Shown: piece after piece, positions 17,256 through 27,415 of the stretch
How the letters are laid out: every line of letters starts with the position of its first letter
How positions within the stretch are numbered: the stretch's first letter is position 1
From: an uncultured archaeon
GTDB lineage: Archaea; Aenigmatarchaeota; Aenigmatarchaeia; QMZP01; JACQNV01
Length of the DNA stretch: 64,000 nucleotides
Assembly: GCA_964631205.1 (NCBI GenBank)
Contig: CAZVWU010000002.1
Coordinates: forward strand, 755 to 64,754
Direction of reading: 5' to 3'
The notes under the pieces: generated by a model
The model's input: the letters and a program-made list of their open reading frames with translations, nothing else
What the model was told of the DNA's origin: nothing
Databases searched by the model: none
Made by a program: the position numbers and the translations under genes

Positions 17256-18528
17256 AACCTGATGCCTTCGCCTCTTCCCTGTCCACTATTCCCCAACAGT
17301 CGACCAATATGCAATCTTTTTTGTGGCTGCCGATCGTTGCTATTTTTTTATGCACATCCCTGAAATCTGAATGGTTAGTTGCGATTATTATTGCGTCGGC
17401 ATCCTTTACAGCTTCTTCAAGCGATTCTGTATTTTGGATTAAAGGGTCGTGCACCGAAACTTCTGCATTGCTTCCTTTAAGTATCTCAACTATCCTTACA
17501 GAAGGCGAGTATTTTGTGTTGTCGCTGTTTGCCTTGAATCCAAGGCCTAAAACAGCTATCCTTGAGTTGTGGAGCTTTTTGTTTTGTTTTTCTAGCCTTC
17601 CTTTCAGCCTGTTAATCATGTGTTGGGGGATAGATTCGCTAAGCCTCCATGCAACTTGAATGAAATCAGGGAAAGAAAGGTGTGCAGTAAGGTAATACCC
17701 GTCTTTGCTCAGGCAGGGGCCGCCTGTGAGTCCTGGAATTGGAAGGCCTCCCCTTTTGTAGCCTTCATTCACGAGCTTTATTACCTCATGCCCGTCCTCC
17801 CCATAAGTTTCTGCAAGCAGGCCAAATTCATTTCCGAGTGAGAAGTTGATATACCTGTAGACATTTGCAAAAAGCTTTGCAAGCTCTGCAGCTTTTGGAG
17901 TCGCCCTGAGAATTTTTTTGTCCTTGTTTATTTTTCGGAAAATTTCCTCAGCAATGTCGCCTGAAATTTTATCCATAGAGCCGATAATTTCTGGAAGCTC
18001 CATGATTTCTTTTATCGACTGGCCTTCCACAATCCTTTCAGGGCAGACAGCCAAGCCAAAATCCTCTCCTGCTTTCAGGCCCGTCCTCTTTTCTATGAAA
18101 GGTTTTATCACTTCCTCAAGAGTGCCAGGGGAAGCTGTCGACCTCATTATTATCATCTTGCCATTCAATGGATTTTTCACAAGGCCTTCAAGAGCAGATG
18201 TGAGCTGCGTGTAATCAGGCCTCATGTGCTCGCCTATTGGAGTCCCCACTGTAAGTATCAGCGCGTCGGATTTTGAAATTGCATCCTTTGCATCAGTTGT
18301 CGCTGTAAAATTATTTGTCTTAATGTAATCGTCTATCAGTTCCTCTTTAAACGGCGGGATTTTCTTATTTATGCTTTCAACGTATTCCTTGTTTACGTCT
18401 ATCCCAATTACTTTTATTCCAGAATTCGCAAAAACAAGCCCTAAAGGGAGGCCTACCCGCCCTATGCCTACAATCCCTATCGAAAATCCATTTGTTTTGA
18501 CTTTTTCTAGAAGCTGTTCAAGAAGCAT
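17224..18528 (-). CDS. nucleotide-sugar 6-dehydrogenase (UDP-glucose/UDP-ManNAc dehydrogenase family)
   Basis: IGIVGIGRVGLPLGLVFA NAD-binding N-terminus with a catalytic Cys region GGPCLSKD. Confidence 0.8.
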   Translation of the reverse strand: MLLEQLLEKVKTNGFSIGIVGIGRVGLPLGLVFANSGIKVIGIDVNKEYVESINKKIPPFKEELIDDYIKTNNFTATTDAKDAISKSDALILTVGTPIGEHMRPDYTQLTSALEGLVKNPLNGKMIIMRSTASPGTLEEVIKPFIEKRTGLKAGEDFGLAVCPERIVEGQSIKEIMELPEIIGSMDKISGDIAEEIFRKINKDKKILRATPKAAELAKLFANVYRYINFSLGNEFGLLAETYGEDGHEVIKLVNEGYKRGGLPIPGLTGGPCLSKDGYYLTAHLSFPDFIQVAWRLSESIPQHMINRLKGRLEKQNKKLHNSRIAVLGLGFKANSDNTKYSPSVRIVEILKGSNAEVSVHDPLIQNTESLEEAVKDADAIIIATNHSDFRDVHKKIATIGSHKKDCILVDCWGIVDREEAKASGFDYIRFGSGK

Positions 18529-18611
18529 AGCAGAGTTTTTTATTGGAAGTATAAAAAGCTAATCCTGTATTTGCCACTAACGTCAATCTAACAAAACGCG
18601 CCTGTTTAATC

Positions 18612-18971
18612 CTAATGTTTTCCAGGCAGGCTGGTGTATTTATCTAATCCACATCTTAGATCCGGGATCTTTTTTGCCAGTGCATCAAAATGTTTTTTGT
18701 ATTCTGGATTTAGCGGACTAATACGATCTGCGTCTTGAGGTTGCCACTTTCCCCGATTCAGATCATCACACACATAATTCTTACGCCTTGCCATGCCATC
18801 TGTACTATCCCCCCACATAAAACTAATGCAGGCAATGTCGCCACCTTGATAAACGACTCCCAAATACATTAAAGGGACTGTTGATTTTGTATCTATCAAG
18901 GCCTTGGTATAGACAGTTGAAAGACCGTCGTCATCCGTTTGCCAGTCTGTCTCAATTTTTATCTTTCTCAT
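18612..18971 (-). CDS. hypothetical protein (operon member 3)
   Basis: 119 aa with no recognised motif. A 4-bp overlap with the upstream gene implies co-translation. Confidence 0.4.
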   Translation of the reverse strand: MRKIKIETDWQTDDDGLSTVYTKALIDTKSTVPLMYLGVVYQGGDIACISFMWGDSTDGMARRKNYVCDDLNRGKWQPQDADRISPLNPEYKKHFDALAKKIPDLRCGLDKYTSLPGKH

Positions 18972-19837
18972 ATTTGATCCATTCTAATAGAATCCCAATC
19001 ATCAATTTCAACATGCACAGCAGTCCTGTCATCAAGCCTGTCGCCTTTTAATCCAGGATAGTTTTTGCACCTTTGTGGGTCTTCATTATAAACCTTTTTT
19101 AGTTTGGATTCTAACCCCTCTATCGTAAAGCCGTCTTGGTTGTCAGGCTCTTCAAAACCGTCGCTCCAGAGAAGCAGGTTTTTTGGTGTTGGAATTTCAA
19201 TAAATGTGATGCCTTCTTGTGGCAGGGTTTCTGTCCCGTCTATTGCAGGATAGCTGAACTTGTGGCCAAGTACGTTCTGCGTTTCATATTGGGAAATAAT
19301 AAAGGCGTTAAGCATCTTCTTGAACCAGTCTTCAGATCCATTTTCAATGCACCACTTTCTGAGCTCAGTGTGATGGGTGTCTATCGCTTTTGTAATTCCT
19401 GTAAGTATCCTGCTATCAGCTGCTAACCTGACATCGCCAACTCCTGTAACAACAGTCTTCTCTGGCGCCACTATTGCGTGTGCTATGTAGCCTGTAAATG
19501 TAAGCGCCCTGTTTTCCCTGTAGCCCTTTATGCCGAGCTGTTCATAGGCTCCTCTTATCCTCTCATTTGCGAGTTGAATAAGCTTGTATCCGGTTTCGTC
19601 TGTCCTTTCTATTACATCCTTGACTAGAGTGGAACCAATAACACCGCCATTATATTTTGTGTCTGCAGGCTCGCCTCTCAAAACTGCTGTTTCTTCATGT
19701 GTATAAGGCCCGCCAACAAGGTTGGATGCCCAATCGCCGACTGCAACCTTAAGCCTGTGGCCATTAAAATCAATAAAATAAAAATCTTCAGAAATCTTTT
19801 TCCCTGTTCCAGGCTGATAATAAATTTTTGCTTTCAT
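18968..19837 (-). CDS. hypothetical protein with weak PP2C-like phosphatase signatures (operon member 2)
   Basis: VTGVGDVRLAADSRIL resembles PP2C (N)VGDSRA(V)L, and LLWSDGF resembles PP2C SDGLWD. The match is weak. 4-bp overlaps on both sides. Confidence 0.4.
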   Translation of the reverse strand: MKAKIYYQPGTGKKISEDFYFIDFNGHRLKVAVGDWASNLVGGPYTHEETAVLRGEPADTKYNGGVIGSTLVKDVIERTDETGYKLIQLANERIRGAYEQLGIKGYRENRALTFTGYIAHAIVAPEKTVVTGVGDVRLAADSRILTGITKAIDTHHTELRKWCIENGSEDWFKKMLNAFIISQYETQNVLGHKFSYPAIDGTETLPQEGITFIEIPTPKNLLLWSDGFEEPDNQDGFTIEGLESKLKKVYNEDPQRCKNYPGLKGDRLDDRTAVHVEIDDWDSIRMDQI

Positions 19838-20820
19838 AAATCAGATATTGAAGGCTGGGGGAGCTCTATTTTACTTCCTTCTGCCTGCGAAGCTTTCAGT
19901 TTTGAAATGTCGCAGCCGTATCTGTAAACCCAAAAATCTATCACATCAAGAGACTTTCCTTGTATATTTGCTGTCCCCGCATCCATAGCATCTTGTTCTT
20001 TTATAAACCTCATCATGTAGTCTGGATCATTAGGGAGCAGCCTTAAATTTTTTCCAAATTCAGGTTCATTTTTAGCTTTCTTTTGGGTAGCTCTCCAGTC
20101 TTCATATTTTTCTTTTGTCTGTTTTCCATCAGTGTTTAGCTGAACAACAAAGGAAAATGTAGGGTGATATGTCCCTTCCCTTTTACTTGCTCCGATAGCC
20201 CAGCCAGGAATAATCCGCGAAATATCTAGATCATGGTTCACACCTATCTCTTCTCCCAATTCGCGATATATTTGCGCTCCGAAAGAAGGATGGCCATCTG
20301 GTGATATCAACAAACCGCCTGCAGGCACACCAAGCTTTCCAAGATAGGCTCCTTCTGCTTTCGTGCTTGAGCCAAAGACTATTTTTTCTCCTGTTTCATC
20401 TGGTTTAGTTAAAACCACTGCATTGACGTATGCGGCCTGGAGAGAGGTTGGCTGGCTTCTTGAAAAAGCAAACCTGAAATACGAGCTTGCAACTCCTTTA
20501 AAAACAAGATGATTATTTTCAACTTTGATGTCTGCTGGATCCATGGAAATCGCGACTATAGGATCATCAAAAAAAGTGCCTCCTTTCAACTTTTCGATTT
20601 CTTCCTTCTCCGAAATAAACTGGGCAAAAGTTTTCCCTTTTACTTTATCACCAACCGGAATCTGATGAGTATTGGGGTCAAAACTTCCTATTCTAATTCC
20701 TGAGTAGCCGCTGAAAGGCACATGATACCGCTTTCTATCTGGCATAACTAAAATATACTTTTCCTTATGGGCGAGTTTAAGCTCATCCTTTCTGAAAATA
20801 CTATCTCTTCGTCTTTGCAA
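19834..20820 (-). CDS. hypothetical protein with Nudix-box-like motif (operon member 1)
   Basis: GAQIYRELGEEIGV matches the RE(U)xEExGU core of the Nudix box but lacks the upstream Glu. The annotated start is a TTG; an internal ATG (MPDRKRY) is possible. Confidence 0.4.
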   Translation of the reverse strand: MQRRRDSIFRKDELKLAHKEKYILVMPDRKRYHVPFSGYSGIRIGSFDPNTHQIPVGDKVKGKTFAQFISEKEEIEKLKGGTFFDDPIVAISMDPADIKVENNHLVFKGVASSYFRFAFSRSQPTSLQAAYVNAVVLTKPDETGEKIVFGSSTKAEGAYLGKLGVPAGGLLISPDGHPSFGAQIYRELGEEIGVNHDLDISRIIPGWAIGASKREGTYHPTFSFVVQLNTDGKQTKEKYEDWRATQKKAKNEPEFGKNLRLLPNDPDYMMRFIKEQDAMDAGTANIQGKSLDVIDFWVYRYGCDISKLKASQAEGSKIELPQPSISDL

Positions 20821-21172
20821 AAAGCTGCAAATTCAGACTTAGTAAATTCTACTGTGTAGCTTGCAGACCCATCTGCGAGCATAGTGTCTCCTTGAATTCT
20901 CAAATAACATTTAGCAAGAACTAGCAAGAACTTTTTTTGGGCCTATATATGCCTCTATCTGATCAATACATGAAGCAACATCGCCGGTCCATGGTGTCCA
21001 TTTGTTACCTCTGCCTATAGATAGTGTTTTGTAGCCCCGTTCAATCATATTTAAATATTGTTTTTCCATAAGAACCTCCAAATTATGGCATAATATAGCA
21101 GATAGATTTATAAGCCTTCACCTCAGTTGATTCTGGCATTATTTTAAAGGCGGGTTTTGAGAGTATATAGTT

Positions 21173-22717
21173 ATGCATAGTAAAGCAGAATTCACTGAAG
21201 CCAAGATGCTTGCAAAAGGCGCCGGGCTTGTTTTTGTTGGCCTTGTGCTAGGCAGGCTTCTTGGCTATCTGACAAGGCTTGTTGCGGCAAGGTATCTGGG
21301 CCCTTCAGGCTATGGGCTTTTGATACTCGGGTTCTCCTTGTTTTCAATTGTTTCTGTGATTGGGCTGCTTGGCCTCCAGGGAGGGATGATAAGGTTCTCC
21401 TCTGAATTTTCAGGGAAAAACCAGAGAGGCAAGATCCGGCCTATGGCATACTATTCAATAAAAATTTCAGTTCCGCTTTCAGGCCTGATCGCCATTGCAA
21501 TGTTTTTTTCTGCTGATTACATCTCAGAGGTTTTTTTCCACACAAAGGAGCTTGCCGGCATACTCCGGATATTTTCTCTCGCATTGCCTTTTAGCGCCGC
21601 GGCAGGCATTTTTTTGGGGGTGATAATGGGGATGAAATTTCCCAAGTACAGGGTCTACGCAGAGGATATTTCCAAGCCAGGCTCAAGGCTGGTTTTTTTG
21701 GCTTTTGCGGTTTTTTTCGGATTGGGCCTTGTAGGCGCTGGTGTTTCTTACGCTCTCAGTTTTGCTGTTGCAATGGTTGCGGGGATATATTTTTTCAATA
21801 AACTAGCGCGTGAAAAAACAGGGCTTTCGCCAAAAGAGAAAAAGTCCATCCTTTCTTATTCATGGCCCATAATGATGAGCTCGATAGTTTTCATAATAAT
21901 GGCCCAGATAAACAGCCTTCTTCTGGGCTACCTGAAGGCGGCCTCTGATGTGGGTGTCTACAATGCCGCTGTACCCACGGCTGATATGATGATAATGCTG
22001 CCGGTTTCAATAATGGCGTTATTCCTCCCTGTGATATCCGAGCTTTACGGAAAGAAAAATCTGGATGAGGTTAAAAGGCTTTATGCGAAAGTTGTTAAGT
22101 GGGTCCTTATTGCGACGTTCCCTCTTTTCCTGATATTCATAATTTTCCCTGCCCAGATATTAACCATGCTTTTTGGCCTTGAATATAGTTCAGGCTCAGT
22201 GGCCCTTGCAATACTTTCTATTGGCTATTTCATAAGCGTGGCGCTTTACCCTTCAAATGACGCTATAAACCTTTTCAAAAAAACAAAGGTGCATTTTTAC
22301 ATCTCTGTCATTGCAGTGCTTTTAAACACTTCATTAGGCTACATCCTTATCCAGCTGTACGGCCTTATCGGGGCTGCCATAGCGACAACTGTGACATATG
22401 CATTTATCGGGCTGTCAACTGCGTATGTTGCATACAAGCTTGGACTAAGCCCTTACAGCAAAAGCGCCTGCAAGGTTCTGGCTTCCGGAGCTTTTGTGTT
22501 TGCGGGATTTTTTTTAATAAGCCTTTTATTTCCTGCTGGATTGCTGGCATCCGTGGCAGAAATAACATTGCTTATTGGGTGCTACTTCACTCTGGTTTTA
22601 GTGTCCGGGGTTTTTGATGCGGAGGATATTGCTGTGATTGAGGCTGTTGAGAGAAAGCTCAAGATAAAATCAATGCCCTTCAGCAGGGCTGGCAGAAAAT
22701 TCGTTGGGAGGCAATGA
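21173..22717 (+). CDS. polysaccharide/oligosaccharide flippase (Wzx/MOP superfamily)
   Basis: 514 aa with about 12-14 TM helices and MATE-like flippase-family topology. Confidence 0.7.
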   Translation: MHSKAEFTEAKMLAKGAGLVFVGLVLGRLLGYLTRLVAARYLGPSGYGLLILGFSLFSIVSVIGLLGLQGGMIRFSSEFSGKNQRGKIRPMAYYSIKISVPLSGLIAIAMFFSADYISEVFFHTKELAGILRIFSLALPFSAAAGIFLGVIMGMKFPKYRVYAEDISKPGSRLVFLAFAVFFGLGLVGAGVSYALSFAVAMVAGIYFFNKLAREKTGLSPKEKKSILSYSWPIMMSSIVFIIMAQINSLLLGYLKAASDVGVYNAAVPTADMMIMLPVSIMALFLPVISELYGKKNLDEVKRLYAKVVKWVLIATFPLFLIFIIFPAQILTMLFGLEYSSGSVALAILSIGYFISVALYPSNDAINLFKKTKVHFYISVIAVLLNTSLGYILIQLYGLIGAAIATTVTYAFIGLSTAYVAYKLGLSPYSKSACKVLASGAFVFAGFFLISLLFPAGLLASVAEITLLIGCYFTLVLVSGVFDAEDIAVIEAVERKLKIKSMPFSRAGRKFVGRQ

Positions 22718-22733
22718 GTAAAATAAAGTTTAG

Positions 22734-23615
22734 CTATTTGTCTACAATGCCATTTTCAACAAGCCTGTTAACCCACTCTTCCCCAAAAATGCCAGATCCT
22801 GTTAACACAATCTGCGCGATTGCGACATCAATAATCCTGTTCTCTGCAAGATATTTTGCCATCTCTTCGCCGCTCGCATCTATCCGGAAAATTTTCTGAT
22901 ATTTTCCGGGTGTTTTTGGTTTTGTCTGGACTCCATCTTTGCCGACAATTTTTTCTGATTCTGTTTTTAGCGCGGCGTGAAAAGCGAATGTATGGTCTCT
23001 GTAAGTAAACCCTTCAGCTATGCCTTTAAGATATAATTTATCTATTTCATTTTCTTCTATGCCCAATTCAAGAGCTACTTGCCTTGCAATTACTGAAAAT
23101 AAATGGCCTGTTCCTTTCTCAACTAATTTGTCTACATCCCCGTCCTCACCTGTCAAGCCCCGTCCAAATAAGCTGTCATAACCACCCCATGTTGCCGTGG
23201 CTGGCGATCTTGTACTGTGAAGGGATTTATTGTCTGCTGTTCTTACAGTTGACATCACGCCTATATTTTCCCTGTATTCGTTGGGGATATTTTCTCCTTT
23301 TCTAGCCATAAGATTCATCGCTTCAAAGGCAACATAACCCATTTGCATTAAGCCAACTTCTGCGCCTGTCTCTGTTTCTCTTGTATATCTTAAGCCAGCC
23401 AATTTGCCGTCTCTAAGATCCCGCTGTTCTTTCTTAGCCAATTCCGCAGCCTCTGATTTTGCCTTTTCCAACCTTTCTTTAAAATCAGCATTGTATTGGT
23501 TATCAGTTCCGCGTACAAGTTTCAAGTCTCCTGCTGTATAAGCATCAATTCTTTTAGTCGGCAAAAGGATTTTCCAAGTTTTTCCTTGATACATAAGCAA
23601 CAGATCCACATTCAT
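22734..23615 (-). CDS. hypothetical protein
   Basis: 293 aa, soluble, no recognised motif. Confidence 0.4.
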   Translation of the reverse strand: MNVDLLLMYQGKTWKILLPTKRIDAYTAGDLKLVRGTDNQYNADFKERLEKAKSEAAELAKKEQRDLRDGKLAGLRYTRETETGAEVGLMQMGYVAFEAMNLMARKGENIPNEYRENIGVMSTVRTADNKSLHSTRSPATATWGGYDSLFGRGLTGEDGDVDKLVEKGTGHLFSVIARQVALELGIEENEIDKLYLKGIAEGFTYRDHTFAFHAALKTESEKIVGKDGVQTKPKTPGKYQKIFRIDASGEEMAKYLAENRIIDVAIAQIVLTGSGIFGEEWVNRLVENGIVDK

Positions 23616-24214
23616 GTTTTAAAAGCTTTTTCCAACTTTGAGGAAGCCAGCTGCTCAGCTGAAAGAAATTGAATTGTCTGCAATCCGTGTTTTCTGGCCA
23701 TTTCTATCTTTTCAGGACTGTCGTCAACCAAAAGCAAACTTGCCGGATCGCCGCCAAGCTCCTTTATTACATGCTCGAAGCAGCCTTCATCCGTTTTCAG
23801 AAAATGTGTTTCATGGGATCTGAAGATTTTTTCTGAATATTTTGCCAAATTGACCATTTCTTTTTCCCTTCTTGTCTGCCATTCATTCGTATCGGTTAGA
23901 AAAGCCAACTCCCTGCCGCTGCCCCACAATTTTTCAAGGATGCCTGCAACGCCTGAATCAACTGCATACATATGCTCATCGTGCGCACGGACAATTTGTT
24001 CGTATTTCAGGGGGAATTTCAAATGCGTTTCAACAAGCCTGTTATAAAACTCGCGGCTTGTCATCATTCCCCTGCTATAGACATCATAATCCGGGTTGTC
24101 AAAAAATTTTCCCCTCCTCTGTTCAGGGACTCCATACTCCCCAAGAATTCTCATTGTTATTTCATGCGTCGCCTTTATTATCACATTCCCAACATCGAAT
24201 ATTATTACTTGCAT
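23612..24214 (-). CDS. HAD-superfamily hydrolase
   Basis: IIFDVGNVII (DxG motif I) and LLLVDDSPEKIEMARKHG (motif IV). Confidence 0.65.
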   Translation of the reverse strand: MQVIIFDVGNVIIKATHEITMRILGEYGVPEQRRGKFFDNPDYDVYSRGMMTSREFYNRLVETHLKFPLKYEQIVRAHDEHMYAVDSGVAGILEKLWGSGRELAFLTDTNEWQTRREKEMVNLAKYSEKIFRSHETHFLKTDEGCFEHVIKELGGDPASLLLVDDSPEKIEMARKHGLQTIQFLSAEQLASSKLEKAFKT

Positions 24215-24216
24215 AA

Positions 24217-25476
24217 TTATCCCACAATCCTTATTTCTGGCAATGGTATTATAAATTTGCCGCCTTTGGCAAGGAACTCCTTTTCTTTTTCCAAAACTTC
24301 TTTTTCATAATTGTAAGCAAAAAGCACGGCGTAATCAACCTTGTCTTTTCTGAAAACTTCCGGGGAAACTATAGGCACGTGGGCTCCGGGTATTAGCCTG
24401 CCTATCCTTTCAGGAGACTCATCAACAACATAGTCTATTTCTCCCTTCCCTAAGCCGGAAAAATTCATATGTATTACCGATCTCCCGGAAGCCCCGTAGC
24501 CGACAATTTTTTTGCCTTGTGATTTTAACTTTTCGATTGTATTTTTTATTTCATCGCGTTTTCTAAAGACATGTTTTGAAAATTCCAAAAAAGTTTCTTC
24601 CTTGTCTAATCCGCTCTGATTTTCCAGCTTCAATAGGCGTTCAACTGATTTGTCTTTTTCTTTTTTGGGGTCTTTATTCCGAGCATATACCCTGACAGAG
24701 CCTGAATGTATTGGAATCCTTTTTACTTCAAAAATTTCCATGTCAAAAAGGTCCAGAAGATAAGTTAATGATGTGAGTGAGTGATACATCAGATGTTCAT
24801 GGTAAATCATGTCATACTGGAATGTCTTAAGAAGTTCAGGTAAATAATGAACCTCAAAAATATAAATTCCGTCAGGCTTCAACAAAGTTTTTATTCCTTT
24901 CATTACTTCATGCATGTCATCGATGTGCGCGAAAACATTGTTTGCACATATCATGTCCGCCTTTCCATATTCATCAATAATTTTTTTTGCTGTTTGTTCA
25001 TTAAAAAAATCATTTACAACAATGCATCCCTTCGATCTCGCGATTCCAGCTATATTTTTTGCAGGCTCGACGCCAACAACTTTTATTCCCAAATCCATGA
25101 ATGGCTTTAACAACACCCCATCGTTGCTGCCAAACTCCACAACCAGCGGAAACCTACGGTTCCCGCCCCTCCCTTCAGTTAGAAACCGTTCCTTCATTTC
25201 TTTCGCATAATTTGAGAAGTGAGATGAAAGGGTTTTTGTAGTAGAAGCCAAAAATCTGTAGTCCTTAAATAAAATTTCCGGGGAGACTATGTCCAGAAGC
25301 TGGACTTCCTTGCATTTTCTGCAAAAGTAAACCACTAAAGGGAAGGGTTCATCCTGATCTAATTGATCTGGCCTGATGAAACCGCCTGCAAGCGGCATGT
25401 TCCCGAAATCAAGGAACTTGACCATATCTGTTCCACCGCAAATCCTGCAGTCTTTCCTTCTCCGTATCTTCTCCAT
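24217..25476 (-). CDS. Zn-ribbon C-methyltransferase family SAM-dependent methyltransferase (TylCIII/NovU-like sugar C-methyltransferase architecture)
   Basis: N-terminal CRICGG...CRKC zinc ribbon, VVEFGSNDG SAM motif and a C-terminal methyltransferase domain. Confidence 0.65.
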   Translation of the reverse strand: MEKIRRRKDCRICGGTDMVKFLDFGNMPLAGGFIRPDQLDQDEPFPLVVYFCRKCKEVQLLDIVSPEILFKDYRFLASTTKTLSSHFSNYAKEMKERFLTEGRGGNRRFPLVVEFGSNDGVLLKPFMDLGIKVVGVEPAKNIAGIARSKGCIVVNDFFNEQTAKKIIDEYGKADMICANNVFAHIDDMHEVMKGIKTLLKPDGIYIFEVHYLPELLKTFQYDMIYHEHLMYHSLTSLTYLLDLFDMEIFEVKRIPIHSGSVRVYARNKDPKKEKDKSVERLLKLENQSGLDKEETFLEFSKHVFRKRDEIKNTIEKLKSQGKKIVGYGASGRSVIHMNFSGLGKGEIDYVVDESPERIGRLIPGAHVPIVSPEVFRKDKVDYAVLFAYNYEKEVLEKEKEFLAKGGKFIIPLPEIRIVG

Positions 25477-25530
25477 AGCACGTTTATGATGGGATAACCA
25501 TTTTAAATAGCCTTTGCCAGCTTTATTGTT

Positions 25531-26100
25531 ATGGATAGTGACGTTAGAAAATATTTCTTGGACAAAAGAGACGGTATTGGCATCGAGGAAATTGCGTCTA
25601 AAAGCGCGGCTATTATTGAAAAGCTTCTTTCTTTGGATGAATTCAAGAAGGCGGGTGTTGTGATGGCTTATGTCTCAAAAACAAGAGAAGTCTGTACACA
25701 TGGATTAATCAAAAAAGGCCTTGGTATGGGGAAGGTTTTAGTTGTTCCAAAAATAGATAAAACCATGAATGAAATTATTCCATGCACTTTAAATAATCTC
25801 GACGAGCTTGCCCCCGGAGTTTTTGGGGTATTGGAACCTAAAAAAGCTGAGCTTGTCAAAAAAGAGGATATAGGCCTTTTTGTTGTTCCTGGCCTTGCGT
25901 TTGACAAAAATGGCAATAGGCTAGGTTATGGCTATGGATATTGGGATAGGTTTTTAAAAGGGGTTGATAAAAAGCGTATCGTTGGCCTTTGCCTGGAAAA
26001 TTTCCTTGCAGATAAGCTGGAAATACAGGAGAAGGATATAGCTGTTTCAAAGGTCATAACAGAGAAAAGGATTGTTTATGCAGGCAACGGATTTTATTGA
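25531..26100 (+). CDS. 5-formyltetrahydrofolate cyclo-ligase
   Basis: 189 aa with the LFVVPGLAFDKNGNRLGYGYGYWDRFL signature (GYGxGYYD). Confidence 0.75.
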   Translation: MDSDVRKYFLDKRDGIGIEEIASKSAAIIEKLLSLDEFKKAGVVMAYVSKTREVCTHGLIKKGLGMGKVLVVPKIDKTMNEIIPCTLNNLDELAPGVFGVLEPKKAELVKKEDIGLFVVPGLAFDKNGNRLGYGYGYWDRFLKGVDKKRIVGLCLENFLADKLEIQEKDIAVSKVITEKRIVYAGNGFY

Positions 26101-27412
26101 AAAAGCGGATACTGAAATTTCAGTCCTGCTGAAAAAGGAGATTAAAAGGCAGGAAACTTGTATAACCCTTATCCCTTCTGAAAATTATGCTAGCCTTGCT
26201 GTCCTGCAGGCGCTAGGGTCTCCGCTGACAAATAAATACTCTGAAGGCTATCCAGGAAAACGGTATTATAGCGGCAACAAGTTTATAGACTCTATTGAGA
26301 CTGTTGCAATTGATAGGGCAAAAAAGCTTTTTTCTGTGCCGCATGCGAATGTCCAGCCATATTCCGGAAGCCCTGCAAATCTAGCAGTGTATGCCGCAGT
26401 ATGCAGGCCTGGCGATGTTGTAATGGGCCAGAGCCTTCCTGACGGGGGGCATCTTACGCATGGCTGGAAAGCAAGCTTTACAGGCCAAAACTACAAAAGC
26501 GTGCAGTACCGTGTAAATGGGGATGGAAGAATAGATCTGGAAGAATTGGAAAGGTTGGCAAAGGAAAATAAGCCTAAGCTTATCTGGGTCGGTGCGACAG
26601 CGTATGTCAGGGAATTTTTATTTGAGGAGATAGGGGAGATCGCGGATGAAGCAGGGGCCTATCTCGCTGCTGACATATCCCATATAGCCGGGCTTGTTGC
26701 TTCCGGAGTGCACAAGAGCCCTGTGAAATTTGCGCACATTGTCACAACTACAACGCATAAAACTCTTAGGGGGCCGCGCGGCGCAATAATAATGGTGACA
26801 GGCAAAGGCCTTGAAAAAGATCTTGACCTTTCAAAAAAAATAGATAAGGCTGTGTTTCCCGGCCTGCAGGGCGGGCCGCATGACAATACGACTGCAGCGA
26901 TTGCTGTCGCATTGGCTGAAGCAATGAGACCGGAATTCAGGCAATATGCAAGGCAGGTTGTAGTAAACGCGAAAGCTTTGGCTGATTCTCTCATCAAGAA
27001 CAATCTGAACCTTGTTTCTGGGGGGACAGACAACCATATGGTTCTTGTCGACCTTGCCAAATTTGGCAAAGGCGCTGGATTTTTCGCCCAGGAAGGCCTG
27101 GAGCTTGCAGGCATAACAGCAAACAAGAATACAATACCAAAAGATCCTGGCAGCCCATTTTACCCGAGCGGCCTGAGGCTTGGGACCCCTGCTGTGACAA
27201 CAAGGGGAATGGGGGAAAAAGAGATGCAAAAATTAGGGGAATGGGTTTCGTCTATTGTGAAAGAAGTTTCTGCCTACAGATTGCCTGAAGATGAGGGTGA
27301 AAAGAAAATCCAAATCAAAAAATTTTATCAGGAAGCAGGCAAGAATAAAAAAATAAAGGAGATCGCGGGTGAGATAGCTGAAATCTGCAAAAAATTCCCT
27401 GTTTATCCATAA
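26072..27412 (+). CDS. glyA: serine hydroxymethyltransferase
   Basis: LIPSENYASLAVLQALGSPLTNKYSEGYPGKRYY and the THKTLRGPRG PLP-lysine region. Confidence 0.9.
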   Translation: MFMQATDFIEKADTEISVLLKKEIKRQETCITLIPSENYASLAVLQALGSPLTNKYSEGYPGKRYYSGNKFIDSIETVAIDRAKKLFSVPHANVQPYSGSPANLAVYAAVCRPGDVVMGQSLPDGGHLTHGWKASFTGQNYKSVQYRVNGDGRIDLEELERLAKENKPKLIWVGATAYVREFLFEEIGEIADEAGAYLAADISHIAGLVASGVHKSPVKFAHIVTTTTHKTLRGPRGAIIMVTGKGLEKDLDLSKKIDKAVFPGLQGGPHDNTTAAIAVALAEAMRPEFRQYARQVVVNAKALADSLIKNNLNLVSGGTDNHMVLVDLAKFGKGAGFFAQEGLELAGITANKNTIPKDPGSPFYPSGLRLGTPAVTTRGMGEKEMQKLGEWVSSIVKEVSAYRLPEDEGEKKIQIKKFYQEAGKNKKIKEIAGEIAEICKKFPVYP

Positions 27413-27415
27413 TTT

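Noticed and set aside
20821-21172. Short ORFs (~52 and ~44 aa) and tandem TAGCAAGAAC repeat in the 350-bp gap between the unknown operon and the flippase
   Set aside because: The ORFs are under 60 aa with no motifs. This is most likely a divergent promoter region, and the repeat is only two units.
26659-27229. Minus-strand ORFs of 69-155 aa
   Set aside because: Antisense to glyA, which has unambiguous SHMT motifs.
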